Origin: Pseudomonadota bacterium
GTDB lineage: Bacteria > Pseudomonadota > Alphaproteobacteria > Rhizobiales > Methylopilaceae
Direction: 5' to 3'
DNA: 32,000 nucleotides
Assembly (NCBI GenBank): GCA_023430145.1
Contig: JAEZCD010000005.1
Location: 3,458-35,457, forward strand
Shown: positions 8,023-16,100 of the stretch, piece by piece
How positions within the stretch are numbered: position 1 is the first letter of the stretch
Layout: every line of letters starts with the position of its first letter
Made by a program: the position numbers and the translations under genes
The notes under the pieces: model-generated
Database searches by the model: none
The model's input: only the letters and a program-made list of their open reading frames with translations
Told to the model about the DNA's origin: nothing

Positions 8023-9804
8023 TCACGTCGTCGGCTGCTTGCGCACCACGCTCTGCGGGTTGAGCTTGCCGATGTTGCCGCTCTCGGTGCCGGCCGCCGG
8101 ATCGATCACCGCGTTGACGAGCGTCGGCTTGCCGCTATCGAGCGCCGCATTGACGGCGCGCGACAGCTCGTCCGGAGTCGTCACGTGCACGCCGACGCCG
8201 CCGAAGGCCTCCATCATCTTGTCGTAGCGCGAGTCCTTGACGAAGACGGTGGTGGCGACATCCTTGCCGCCGCCCGGATTGACGTCGGTGCCGCGGTAGA
8301 TGCCGTTGTTGTTGAAGACGACGACGCAGACCGGCAGGTCGTAGCGGCAGACCGTCTCGATCTCCATGCCCGAGAAGCCGAAGGCGCTGTCGCCCTCGAT
8401 CGCCAGCACCGGCTTGCCGGTCTCGATGGCGGCGGCGACGGCGAAGCCCATGCCGATGCCCATGATGCCCCAGGTGCCGACATCGAGGCGCTTGCGCGGC
8501 TGGTACATGTCGATGATGCCGCGGGCGAGGTCGAGCGTGTTGGCGCCCTCGTTGACGAGGATGATGTCCGGCCGCGCCTTGACGATGGTGCGCAGCGCGC
8601 CGAGAGCGCTGTGGAAGTCCATCGGCGAAGAATTCTTCATCAGCCGCGGCGCCATCTTGGCGATGTTGGCTTCTTTCTTCTCATTGATGGACTTCGTCCA
8701 CTCCGCCGGGGCCTTGGCCCACTTGTCGTCGATGCCGGCGAGGAGGGCGTCGACGCAGGACGCGATGTCGCCGACGAGCGGGGCCGCGATCTCGATATTC
8801 GAGTCCATCTCCTTCGGCTCGATGTCGATCTGGACGAACTTCTTCGAGCCCGGCTCGCCCCAGCTCTTGCCCTTGCCGTGACTGAGCAGCCAGTTGAGGC
8901 GAGCGCCGATCAGGACGACGACGTCGGAGTCCTTGAGGACAGTCGAGCGCGCGGCGCCGGCCGACTGCGGATGCGTGTCCGGCAGGATGCCCTTGGCCAT
9001 GCTCATCGGCAGGAACGGGATGCCGGTCTTCTCGACGAGGGTGCGGATGGCGTCGTCGGCCTGCGCGTAGGCGGCGCCCTTGCCGAGGATGATCAGCGGC
9101 CGCTTGGCGCCCTTCAGCACCTCGAGCGCGCGCTTGACGGCGGCCGGGGCCGGGATCTGCGCCGGCGCCGGGTCGATCACCTTGACGAGCGATTTCCTGC
9201 CCGCCTCGGCGTCCATCACCTGCGACAGGAGCTTGGCCGGCAGGTCGAGATAGACGCCGCCCGGGCGGCCGGAGAGCGCGGCGCGGATGGCGCGCGCCAC
9301 CGCGATGCCGATGTCGGCCGCGTGCAGCACCCGGAAGGCCGCCTTGCAGAGCGGCTTGGCGATCGCGAGCTGGTCCATCTCCTCGTAGTCGCCCTGCTGC
9401 AGGTCGACGATCTCGCGCTCGGAGGAGCCGCTGATGAGGATCATCGGGAAGCAGTTGGTCGTCGCGTTGGCGAGGGCGGTGAGGCCGTTGAGGAAGCCGG
9501 GCGCCGAGACGGTGAGGCAGATGCCGGGCTTCTGCGTGAGGTAGCCGGCGATCGCCGCCGCGTTGCCGGCGTGCTGCTCGTGCCGGAAGGAGATGACGCG
9601 CATCCCTTCGGCCTGCGCGAAGCGGCCGAGATCGGTGATCGGGATGCCCGGGACGCCGTATATGGTGTTGATGCCGTTGAGCTTCAGCGCGTCGATGACG
9701 AGGTGGAAGCCGTCCGTCAGCTCCTGCTGTACGCCGGCTTCGGCCGCGGCATCGGCCTTCGTCCCACGTTCCAACGTCGTTGCTGCCGCTGCTGTAGTCG
9801 CCAT
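8023..9804 (-). CDS. oxc: Oxalyl-CoA decarboxylase (ThDP-dependent)
   Basis: ORF 8023..9939 trimmed to the ATG at 9804, which has a strong RBS (GGAAGGAGGA). Collinear with O. formigenes Oxc: [55 protein letters not shown], and the ThDP motif [15 protein letters not shown]...NNNGIY. It has an Ala/Thr-rich N-terminal extension of roughly 20 aa relative to that enzyme. Confidence 0.95.
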   Translation of the reverse strand: MATTAAAATTLERGTKADAAAEAGVQQELTDGFHLVIDALKLNGINTIYGVPGIPITDLGRFAQAEGMRVISFRHEQHAGNAAAIAGYLTQKPGICLTVSAPGFLNGLTALANATTNCFPMILISGSSEREIVDLQQGDYEEMDQLAIAKPLCKAAFRVLHAADIGIAVARAIRAALSGRPGGVYLDLPAKLLSQVMDAEAGRKSLVKVIDPAPAQIPAPAAVKRALEVLKGAKRPLIILGKGAAYAQADDAIRTLVEKTGIPFLPMSMAKGILPDTHPQSAGAARSTVLKDSDVVVLIGARLNWLLSHGKGKSWGEPGSKKFVQIDIEPKEMDSNIEIAAPLVGDIASCVDALLAGIDDKWAKAPAEWTKSINEKKEANIAKMAPRLMKNSSPMDFHSALGALRTIVKARPDIILVNEGANTLDLARGIIDMYQPRKRLDVGTWGIMGIGMGFAVAAAIETGKPVLAIEGDSAFGFSGMEIETVCRYDLPVCVVVFNNNGIYRGTDVNPGGGKDVATTVFVKDSRYDKMMEAFGGVGVHVTTPDELSRAVNAALDSGKPTLVNAVIDPAAGTESGNIGKLNPQSVVRKQPTT

Positions 9805-9938
9805 CCCTGAAGTCCTCCTTCCGACCGGTTCCGGATCCGGGCCGAGCCGGGCGTCGTCTCGCGGCCTGCGCCGCGCCGATCTCCGCCCGTTCCCTGCCCT
9901 GTCCGCTCTTGGTTCCGCGCGACCTCGCGCCGATTGCA

Positions 9939-10634
9939 TTACTTAGGGAACACGCCGTGCTTCTCGACGTGCCGCGCGAGCCCGAGCGTGTGCTCGCGGA
10001 ACAGCCGCTCGGCCGCCTCCGCGTCGCGCCGCTCGAGCGCATCGATGATGCCCATATGCTCGCGGATCGAGACCTCCGAGCGATTGTCCTGGCGCAGCGA
10101 CACCGAGCGGATGGCGCGCATGTGCAGGACGAGATTCTCCGTCATCTCGGCGATCAGTGGGCAGCGGCTGAGGCGGATGATCGTCTGATGGAAGGCGATG
10201 TTCGCCTCCGAGTATTCGTGCATGTGCTCGGCCGGATGCTCGAATTCCGAGAACATCTCGCGCAGGCTCTTCAGCTCGGCATCGGTGGCGCGCGTCGCGG
10301 TCAGCCGCGCCGCCATGCTCTCGAGCGCCGCGCAGACGGTGATGATGTCGAGCAGCTCCTGCTTGGTCTTGCGGACCACGAAGATGCCGCGGCGCGGGAC
10401 CGAGCGGACGAAGCCTTCCTGCTCGAGCAGCGTCATCGCCTCGCGGATCGGCGTCCGGCTGACGCCGAGATCCTGCGACAGGCGGCGCTCGTCGAGCTTG
10501 ATGTCCACCGGATGGCCGTAGATGTCCATCTCGGTGATCGCCTTCTTCAAGGCGTCGTAGGCGAGGGTCCTGAGGCTCAGGCTCGCGCCCAGCGGCTCGA
10601 CATTGAGCCTCGGCAAAGCCGCGACGGCTGGCAA
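9939..10634 (-). CDS. GntR-family transcriptional regulator, FadR/FCD subfamily
   Basis: It has a winged-HTH ([25 protein letters not shown]) and then an FCD-type helical domain. The track ORF reaches 10736 (TTG), with an ATG at 10712. Codons upstream of 10634 lose the G/C third-position bias (CAA, GGA, ACA, CGA, AAA, TCA, GAA). TTG at 10634 has GGAGGA 4 nt upstream and gives a typical ~231-aa protein. The start is therefore uncertain: 10634 preferred, 10712 or 10736 possible. Confidence 0.75.
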   Translation of the reverse strand: MPAVAALPRLNVEPLGASLSLRTLAYDALKKAITEMDIYGHPVDIKLDERRLSQDLGVSRTPIREAMTLLEQEGFVRSVPRRGIFVVRKTKQELLDIITVCAALESMAARLTATRATDAELKSLREMFSEFEHPAEHMHEYSEANIAFHQTIIRLSRCPLIAEMTENLVLHMRAIRSVSLRQDNRSEVSIREHMGIIDALERRDAEAAERLFREHTLGLARHVEKHGVFPK

Positions 10635-10707
10635 ATCGTCCTCCGATCGCTCTTCGAAGTGTGACACCGCTTTTCGCCATGTCGCAGCGTCTCCGCGCGA
10701 CACCCCT

Positions 10708-10736
10708 TGCATACTGTATACCACGACCCTGAGCAA
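10708..10736 (-). promoter_or_regulatory. Candidate sigma70-type promoter (TTGCTC-17 nt-TATGCA) overlapping an AT-rich operator-like motif CATACTGTATACCACG (10710-10725, with the palindromic core ATACnGTAT)
   Basis: It is an AT-rich island in otherwise GC-rich DNA, about 70-100 nt upstream of the preferred GntR start. The motif recurs upstream of tctC, with 13 of 16 positions identical (see the feature at 14216). Confidence 0.3.
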
Positions 10737-10769
10737 GGCCGAAACCGAGCCCGCGGGCCATTATCGGGG

Positions 10770-10799
10770 CCCGACGCGCAGCCGAGGCCGCGCGTCGGG
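10770..10799 (-). terminator. Perfect 10-bp GC hairpin downstream of tctA
   Basis: cccgacgcgc (10770-10779) pairs with gcgcgtcggg (10790-10799) around a 10-nt loop, 54 nt after the tctA stop. No U-tract, so the terminator function is inferred. Confidence 0.35.
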
Positions 10800-10852
10800 G
10801 AAGTCCAGCGGGGCCGTCGCAGCTCCGGCGGGAGCGGCGACGGCGCTCCGCC

Positions 10853-12370
10853 TCAGGTCGTCGCCGGGCCGGGCTGCTGGCGGCCGCGGAACCGCGACAG
10901 CACCAGCGAGATCAGCGGCCAGAACAGCATGACGAGCGCCAGCGTGACGATCGAGCCGACGAGCGGGTTCGACCAGAAGATGGTCAGGCTGCCGTTCGAC
11001 AGCAGCATCGCCTGCCGGAAGGCGCTCTCTGCCATGTCGCCGAGGACCAGGGCCAGCACCAGCGGCGCCAGCGGATAGCCGAGCTTCTTAAACACGTAGC
11101 CGATGACGCCGAAGATCAGCATGACGACGATGTCGAACTCGGCATTGTGCACCGTGTAGGCGCCGACGCAGCAGATGACGATGATGATCGGCGCGATGAT
11201 GCTGAACGGGATGCGCAGGATCGAGGCGAACAGCGGCACGGTCGTCAGCACGACGATCAGGCCGGCGACGTTGCCGAGATAGATCGAGGCGATCAGGCCC
11301 CAGACGAAGTCCTTCTGCTCGACGAACAGCAGCGGCCCGGGCTGCAGGCCCCAGATCAAGAGGCCGCCGAGCAGCACGGCCGCGGTCGGCGAGCCGGGGA
11401 TGCCGAGCGTCAGCATCGGCAGGAGCGCGCTGGTTCCGGCGGCGTGCGCGGCCGTCTCCGGCGCGACGACGCCCTCGAGCTCGCCCTTGCCGAACTTGTC
11501 GCCATTGCGCGAGAAGCGCTTGGCGAGGCCGTAGCTCATGAAGGAGGCGGGCGTCGCGCCGCCGGGCGTGATGCCCATCCAGCAGCCGACGATCGAGCCG
11601 CGCAGCGCCGTCACCCACATCTTGGGCAGCTTCTTCCACGTCTGCCAGACGATCGTCGGGCTGATCTTGGCCGAGCGGCCCTTGAACGACAGGCCCTCCT
11701 CCATCGTCAGCAGGATCTCGCCGATGCCGAACAGGCCGATGACGGCGATCAGGAAGTCGAAGCCGCGCAAGAGCTCGACGGTGCCGAAGGTCATGCGCAG
11801 CTGGCCGGTGACGGTGTCGATGCCGACGCCGGCGAGGGCGAAGCCGAGCGTCATGGCGGCGAGAACCTTGAAGGGCGATTCCCGGCCCATGCCGACAAAA
11901 CTGCAGAAGGTCAGAAGATAGACCGCGAAGAACTCGGCCGGCCCGAAGCGCAGCGCGAAGGCGGCGATCAGCGGCGCGAGGAAGGTCAGCACCAGCACGG
12001 CGACGAAGGCGCCGATGAAGGAGCCGGTGAAGGCGCCCGTCAGCGCCTCGCCGGCTTTGCCCTGCTGGGCCATCGGGTAGCCGTCGAAGGTGGTCGCCAC
12101 CGACCAGGGCTCGCCCGGGATGTTGAACAGCACCGAGGTGATGGCGCCGCCGAACAGCGCTCCCCAGTAGATCGAGGAGAGCATGATGATGGCCGACACA
12201 GGCGACATCGAGAAGGTGAGGGGCAAGAGGATCGCCACCCCGTTGGCGCCGCCGAGGCCGGGCAGCACGCCGATCAGCACGCCGAGGATGATGCCGAGGA
12301 ACATGTAGAAGATGTTCATCGGATCGCCGAGGACGCCGAAGCCCTCGATCAGGGAGTAAAATGCGTCCAC
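10853..12370 (-). CDS. tctA: Tripartite tricarboxylate transporter (TTT), large permease TctA
   Basis: Polytopic membrane protein with TctA-family blocks: GVLPGLGGANGVAILLPLTF, GEPWSVATTFDGYPMAQQGKAG, GITPGGATPASFMSY and APETAAHAAGTSALLPMLTLGIPGS. The track starts at GTG 12382. I prefer GTG 12370 (MDAFYSL...), which has GGAGG 5 nt upstream. Confidence 0.9.
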   Translation of the reverse strand: MDAFYSLIEGFGVLGDPMNIFYMFLGIILGVLIGVLPGLGGANGVAILLPLTFSMSPVSAIIMLSSIYWGALFGGAITSVLFNIPGEPWSVATTFDGYPMAQQGKAGEALTGAFTGSFIGAFVAVLVLTFLAPLIAAFALRFGPAEFFAVYLLTFCSFVGMGRESPFKVLAAMTLGFALAGVGIDTVTGQLRMTFGTVELLRGFDFLIAVIGLFGIGEILLTMEEGLSFKGRSAKISPTIVWQTWKKLPKMWVTALRGSIVGCWMGITPGGATPASFMSYGLAKRFSRNGDKFGKGELEGVVAPETAAHAAGTSALLPMLTLGIPGSPTAAVLLGGLLIWGLQPGPLLFVEQKDFVWGLIASIYLGNVAGLIVVLTTVPLFASILRIPFSIIAPIIIVICCVGAYTVHNAEFDIVVMLIFGVIGYVFKKLGYPLAPLVLALVLGDMAESAFRQAMLLSNGSLTIFWSNPLVGSIVTLALVMLFWPLISLVLSRFRGRQQPGPATT

Positions 12371-12476
12371 GAACCCCTCCACCCGGAGGCCGCGGCTCGA
12401 AAGCGCGGCCGATGCTTTGTTGTCGTCGGTGTGCGCCGTCGACCGGCGCGACGCATGCGTGAGCGATTAAATCCGG

Positions 12477-12977
12477 TCAGTAGCCGAGCGCGGCCTCCAG
12501 CGGGCCCTTCGGCAGTGGCACGAGGAACCAGACCTCGAACATCATGAACAGCATCACCGGCACGCCGATGGCGATCGGGACGACCTTGTAGATCGGGTAC
12601 TTGCCGAGCCAGGTCATGAAGAAGGCGATGAAGATCGCCGCGGCGACGTAAATGCCGAGGAAATGGATCAGCACGACGAAGACGATCGTCGGGATCAGCA
12701 CCCGCAGGACGAGAACGAGCTGTGACCGCTCGACGAAGGTCTTCAGGTCGGGATGCTTGGTCACGAGGTTGATCACGAACGTCGCCAGGCTTGCGACGAA
12801 CATGATGACGCCCATGTAGAACGGGAAATAGCCGGACTCGGGGCCGTCGGTGCCCCAGCGGGCGCCGATCCGCCAATTGTCCCACATGACGAGCGCGGCG
12901 ACCGCCATGAACAGCGCGGCGACGACGAGCTCCATGCTCCGCTGGGAGACTGTGTACTGGCTGCGATCGTGATCCAT
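12477..12977 (-). CDS. tctB: TTT small membrane subunit TctB
   Basis: 166 aa with four hydrophobic segments, in the canonical position between tctC and tctA. ATG with a GGGGAGG RBS. Confidence 0.8.
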   Translation of the reverse strand: MDHDRSQYTVSQRSMELVVAALFMAVAALVMWDNWRIGARWGTDGPESGYFPFYMGVIMFVASLATFVINLVTKHPDLKTFVERSQLVLVLRVLIPTIVFVVLIHFLGIYVAAAIFIAFFMTWLGKYPIYKVVPIAIGVPVMLFMMFEVWFLVPLPKGPLEAALGY

Positions 12978-13100
12978 GGCACGAACCTCCCCATACGGCG
13001 CCGCGCATGCCGGGCCGCTGAACGTCTCGATATTTCAGAACACTCGAGCAGCGTCCGGGCCGGGTCCTGACGGCCCGTCCCGGCGACTACGGCAGCCGGA

Positions 13101-14114
13101 TCACTTCGCCAGGAAGCCGGCCTTGGTCATCAGGTCCTTGTGGCGCGTCGCGGCCTCGCCGACCCACTTCTTGTAGTCGTCACCCGACAGGAAGGTGGTG
13201 TTGAAGGCGCCCTTGGCCATGAAGTCCTTCCATTCGGGCGTCTCGCGCACCTTCTGGAACAGGTCGACATAGTACTTGGTCTGGTCCGGCGTGACGCCCG
13301 GGGGCATGAAGATGCCGCGCAGCATCAGGTAGTCGATGTCGAGGCCGGATTCCTTGCAGGTCGGGATGTCGGCCCAGCTCATGTCGGCCGTCACCTTCTC
13401 GGTGTACGGCATGCGCTTCTCGTCGAACACGCAGAGCGGCCGCAGCGCGCCGGCGCGCCACTGCGCGACCGCCTCGATCGGGTTGTTGACGCTCGAGGTC
13501 ACGTGATTGCCGACGAGCTGGGCTGCGACGTCGCCGCCGCCCTTGTACGGCACGTAGGTGAACTTGCCGCCGGTCGACTGCTCGATGGCCGCGGTGATGA
13601 TCTGGTCTTCCTGCTTGGAGCCGGTGCCGGCCATCTTGAAGCCGCTGCCCTCCTTCTTCAGGGCCTCGACGTATTCGGCGGCGGTCTTATAGGGCGAGCT
13701 CGAGTTCACCCAGAGAACGAACTCGTCGAGCGCCAGCATGGCGACCGGCGTCATGTCCTCCCAGCTGAACGGCACGCCCGTGGCGAGCGGCGTCGTGAAG
13801 AGGTTGGAGAGCGTGATGATGATCTTGTGCGGGTTGCCCTTCGACGACTTCACGTCGAGGAAGCCTTCGGCGCCGGCGCCGCCCGACTTGTTGATGACGA
13901 CGAGCGACTGCGGCATCAGATTGTGCTTCTGCACGATGCCCTGGATCATCCGGGCCATCTGGTCGGCGCCGCCGCCGGTGCCGGCGGGAACGATGAACTC
14001 GACCGTCTTGGTGGGCTCCCACGCGAAGGCCGCGTGTGGCGCAATGGCGATGCCGGCGGCGACGGTGGCCGCGGCGAAATGCTTCGCGGTGACAGGACCG
14101 ACCCTGAGTGTCAT
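13101..14114 (-). CDS. tctC: TTT periplasmic solute-binding protein TctC (Bug family)
   Basis: 337 aa with an N-terminal signal peptide (AATVAAGIAIAPHAAFA). Bug/TctC blocks are present: VEFIVPAGTGGGADQMARMI, VVINKSGGAGAEG, YVPYKGGGDVAAQLVGNHV and LRGIFMPPG. RBS GGGAGAG. Confidence 0.9.
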   Translation of the reverse strand: MTLRVGPVTAKHFAAATVAAGIAIAPHAAFAWEPTKTVEFIVPAGTGGGADQMARMIQGIVQKHNLMPQSLVVINKSGGAGAEGFLDVKSSKGNPHKIIITLSNLFTTPLATGVPFSWEDMTPVAMLALDEFVLWVNSSSPYKTAAEYVEALKKEGSGFKMAGTGSKQEDQIITAAIEQSTGGKFTYVPYKGGGDVAAQLVGNHVTSSVNNPIEAVAQWRAGALRPLCVFDEKRMPYTEKVTADMSWADIPTCKESGLDIDYLMLRGIFMPPGVTPDQTKYYVDLFQKVRETPEWKDFMAKGAFNTTFLSGDDYKKWVGEAATRHKDLMTKAGFLAK

Positions 14115-14215
14115 GCGCGTTCTCTCCCGAGTTGTCCGCTGGATTGGGACGCGCCGGGCCTCTGGACCCGGTCGCGCGGCGGATCTTTCAGTGTGCCGCC
14201 GGACGGGCGACTGGC

Positions 14216-14246
14216 CGTAGTATATTGTATGTCAGAGAGAAGGCAA
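14216..14246 (-). promoter_or_regulatory. Candidate tctCBA promoter (TTGCCT-16 nt-TATACT) with an overlapping operator-like motif CATACAATATACTACG (minus-strand reading of 14216-14231)
   Basis: The -35 is at 14241-14246 and the -10 at 14219-14224 (minus strand), about 100 nt upstream of the tctC ATG. The motif matches 13 of 16 positions of the site at 10710-10725. It lies in the only AT-rich patch of this intergenic region. Confidence 0.35.
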
Positions 14247-14256
14247 TCGTCGTCTG

Positions 14257-14285
14257 GAAGAATTTCAGACAGCCGCAACGGCTGT
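14257..14285 (-). terminator. Perfect 7-bp hairpin (ACAGCCG-uug-CGGCUGU) followed by CUGAAAUUCUU on the minus strand
   Basis: The stem is 14269-14275 / 14279-14285 and the T-rich tail is 14257-14268. It lies between the upstream minus-strand operon (stop at 14479) and the putative tctC promoter. Confidence 0.35.
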
Positions 14286-14478
14286 TCAGGCACGCCGCGG
14301 CGACGCCGCGCGGCCTCTTGCGCGTTCGCGGAAATAGTCGTCGGATCAATAGTTTGCCCGCACGGCGCGACTTCGTGCGAGATCCGCGGCAGGACTCGCC
14401 GGCGCGGCTTGGGGGTGCCCGAGCGCCTGTCGCGACGGGCCGAAGACAGGTGCCTGCCGGCGGTGCGGGGCGCGTCGG

Positions 14479-14901
14479 TCAGCCGCCGCGAAAGCCCTTC
14501 AGCCGGTCGTCGTGGAGACCGATCGGTGCCGGGAACTCGGCCGACCGCAGCGCCTCGACGAGCCGCTTCAGGAACGCCTCGTAGTCCTTGCGCGGCGATG
14601 CCGGGCGGGGCGCCGCCACCGCCTGCGGCCCGCCATAGCCCGGGTGCGCCTCGGTGACGGCGGTCGCCTCGTTGGAGCGATGCGGGGCGAGGAAGAGCGA
14701 CATGCCGTCCGACGGGGATTCGCCGGCGTGCCGCGTCGCCGGGGCGACCTCGAACGTGCCCGGCCGCGGCCCGGCCGTGATGCGGACCCCGTGCACCTCG
14801 GCAGCCGCGGTGCGCGCATTCTGCGCCGCGTCGTGCTCGAAGGTCGCCAGCGGATAGGCCTGCTCGAGGCCGGAAGGGTCGTTGATGTCGACGATCGGCA
14901 T
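14479..14901 (-). CDS. Hypothetical protein, 140 aa, no family recognised
   Basis: Strong G/C third-position bias throughout. ATG has GAGGAGAG 5 nt upstream, 34 nt after the stop of the preceding gene. The middle is Ala/Pro-rich and the C-terminus reads DYEAFLKRLVEALRSAEF. I cannot assign a fold or family by eye. Confidence 0.6.
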   Translation of the reverse strand: MPIVDINDPSGLEQAYPLATFEHDAAQNARTAAAEVHGVRITAGPRPGTFEVAPATRHAGESPSDGMSLFLAPHRSNEATAVTEAHPGYGGPQAVAAPRPASPRKDYEAFLKRLVEALRSAEFPAPIGLHDDRLKGFRGG

Positions 14902-14935
14902 CGGCTCTCCTCGGGTGACGGCCGGGCTACTGCAT

Positions 14936-15406
14936 CTACTCCGCGCGGCGCGGGGTGGTCGGGCGGGCGAGCTCGCGGCCGATCTCGGCCAGCTCGCCGG
15001 CGCCGGCCAGCACGCGCTGGGCGAGCTGCGTGTGCAGCCGCGCCGCGACTCCCGGATACTCGTCCAGCATGCGCATGAAGAGCGAGCGCGAGATGCGCAG
15101 CACCTGGCTCGGCTCGCGGGCGGTGGCGGTCGCGGTCTGCTCGGTCTCGCACAGCAGCGCGAGCCCGCACAGCATCGTTCCGCGGTGGGCGATGCGCTGC
15201 GGCGGCCCGTCGCCGCGGCCGATGTCGAGCGATCCCGAGGCGACGATGTAGCCGCCGTCCGCCGGCTCGCCCTCGCGGAACAGCACGTCGCCCTTGCGCA
15301 GGATGCGGCTCTCGGCCGAGAAGGCGAGCAGCCGCAGCCCGTCGCGGGGCACTTCCGACAGCATGTGCACTTCGCGCATGATGCGGATATCGTCGTCGAG
15401 CGCCAA
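14936..15406 (-). CDS. Stand-alone cyclic-nucleotide-binding (CAP effector-type) domain protein
   Basis: 156 aa with the beta-barrel pattern LRKGDVLFREGEPADGGYIVASGSL. There is no DNA-binding or other output domain. TTG start at 15406 with GAGG 5 nt upstream, 7 nt after the response-regulator stop. In-frame ATGs at codons 10 and 15 are alternative starts. Confidence 0.7.
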   Translation of the reverse strand: MALDDDIRIMREVHMLSEVPRDGLRLLAFSAESRILRKGDVLFREGEPADGGYIVASGSLDIGRGDGPPQRIAHRGTMLCGLALLCETEQTATATAREPSQVLRISRSLFMRMLDEYPGVAARLHTQLAQRVLAGAGELAEIGRELARPTTPRRAE

Positions 15407-15413
15407 TTAAGCC

Positions 15414-16100
15414 TCAGGGCATGAGCTTGTAGCCGCCGCCTTCCGTCACGAGCAGCTTGGCGTTGGACGGCTCCTTCTCGATCTTCTGCCGCAGGCGGTA
15501 GACATGCGTCTCGAGCGTGTGCGTCGTCACGCCCGAATTGTAGCCCCAGACCTCCTGCAGGAGGATGTCGCGCGTCACCACCCGCTCGCCGGCGCGATAG
15601 AGGAAGCGCAGGATCGAGGTCTCCTTCTCGGTCAGCCGGATCTTCGAGCCGCGCTCGGTGATCAGCATCTTCGAGCCGGGCTTGAAGGTGTATGGGCCGA
15701 TCGAGAAGACGGCATCCTCGCTCGCCTCGTGGCTGCGCAGCTGGGCGCGAACGCGGGCGAGCAGGACCGGGAAGCGGAAGGGCTTCGGCACATAGTCGTT
15801 GGCGCCGGCCTCGAGCCCCTGGATGGTGTCGTTGTCGGCATCGTGCCCGGTCAGCATGATCACGGGTGCGCGGAATCCCTCCTGGCGCAGCTGGCGGACG
15901 ATCTCGCGGCCGTCGGCATCGGGCAGGCCGACATCCATCAGCACGATGTCGATCTGGCCGCCGCGAGCCTTGGCGAGCGCCTCGGCGCCGTCGGCCGCCG
16001 TCTCGACGGCGAATTCGTCGTTTATCGCGAGCTGCTCGAAGAGCGCCTCGCGCAGGTCGGCATCATCGTCGACAACGAGTATCGTCCGCCTCGTGGCCAT
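15414..16100 (-). CDS. OmpR-family response regulator (receiver plus winged-helix), resembling the alphaproteobacterial cell-envelope regulator CenR
   Basis: ORF 15414..16214 trimmed to the ATG at 16100 (MATRRTILVVDDDADLRE...) with GGAG upstream. The receiver has an Asp pocket (VVDDD, LMDVGLPDADG). The output domain reads LTEKETSILRFLYRAG...VWGYNSGVTTHTLETHVYRLRQKIE. The CenR resemblance is from memory of that family and is not verified. Confidence 0.85.
   Translation of the reverse strand: MATRRTILVVDDDADLREALFEQLAINDEFAVETAADGAEALAKARGGQIDIVLMDVGLPDADGREIVRQLRQEGFRAPVIMLTGHDADNDTIQGLEAGANDYVPKPFRFPVLLARVRAQLRSHEASEDAVFSIGPYTFKPGSKMLITERGSKIRLTEKETSILRFLYRAGERVVTRDILLQEVWGYNSGVTTHTLETHVYRLRQKIEKEPSNAKLLVTEGGGYKLMP

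Noticed and set aside
9805-9938. Palindromes CCGGATCCGG and GCGCGAggTCGCGC in the gntR-oxc spacer, considered as operators
   Set aside because: They are short GC palindromes of a kind frequent by chance in this composition. They have no second copy elsewhere in the block and no similarity to the AT-rich motif shared by the two promoter-like regions.
14333-14353. Direct repeat AATAGT ... AATAGT, spaced 15 bp, in an AT-richer patch
   Set aside because: It lies upstream (in the transcription direction) of the 14269-14285 hairpin, in the probable 3' UTR of the orphan gene rather than the tctC promoter. It is a 6-mer repeated once, which is too little to call a site.
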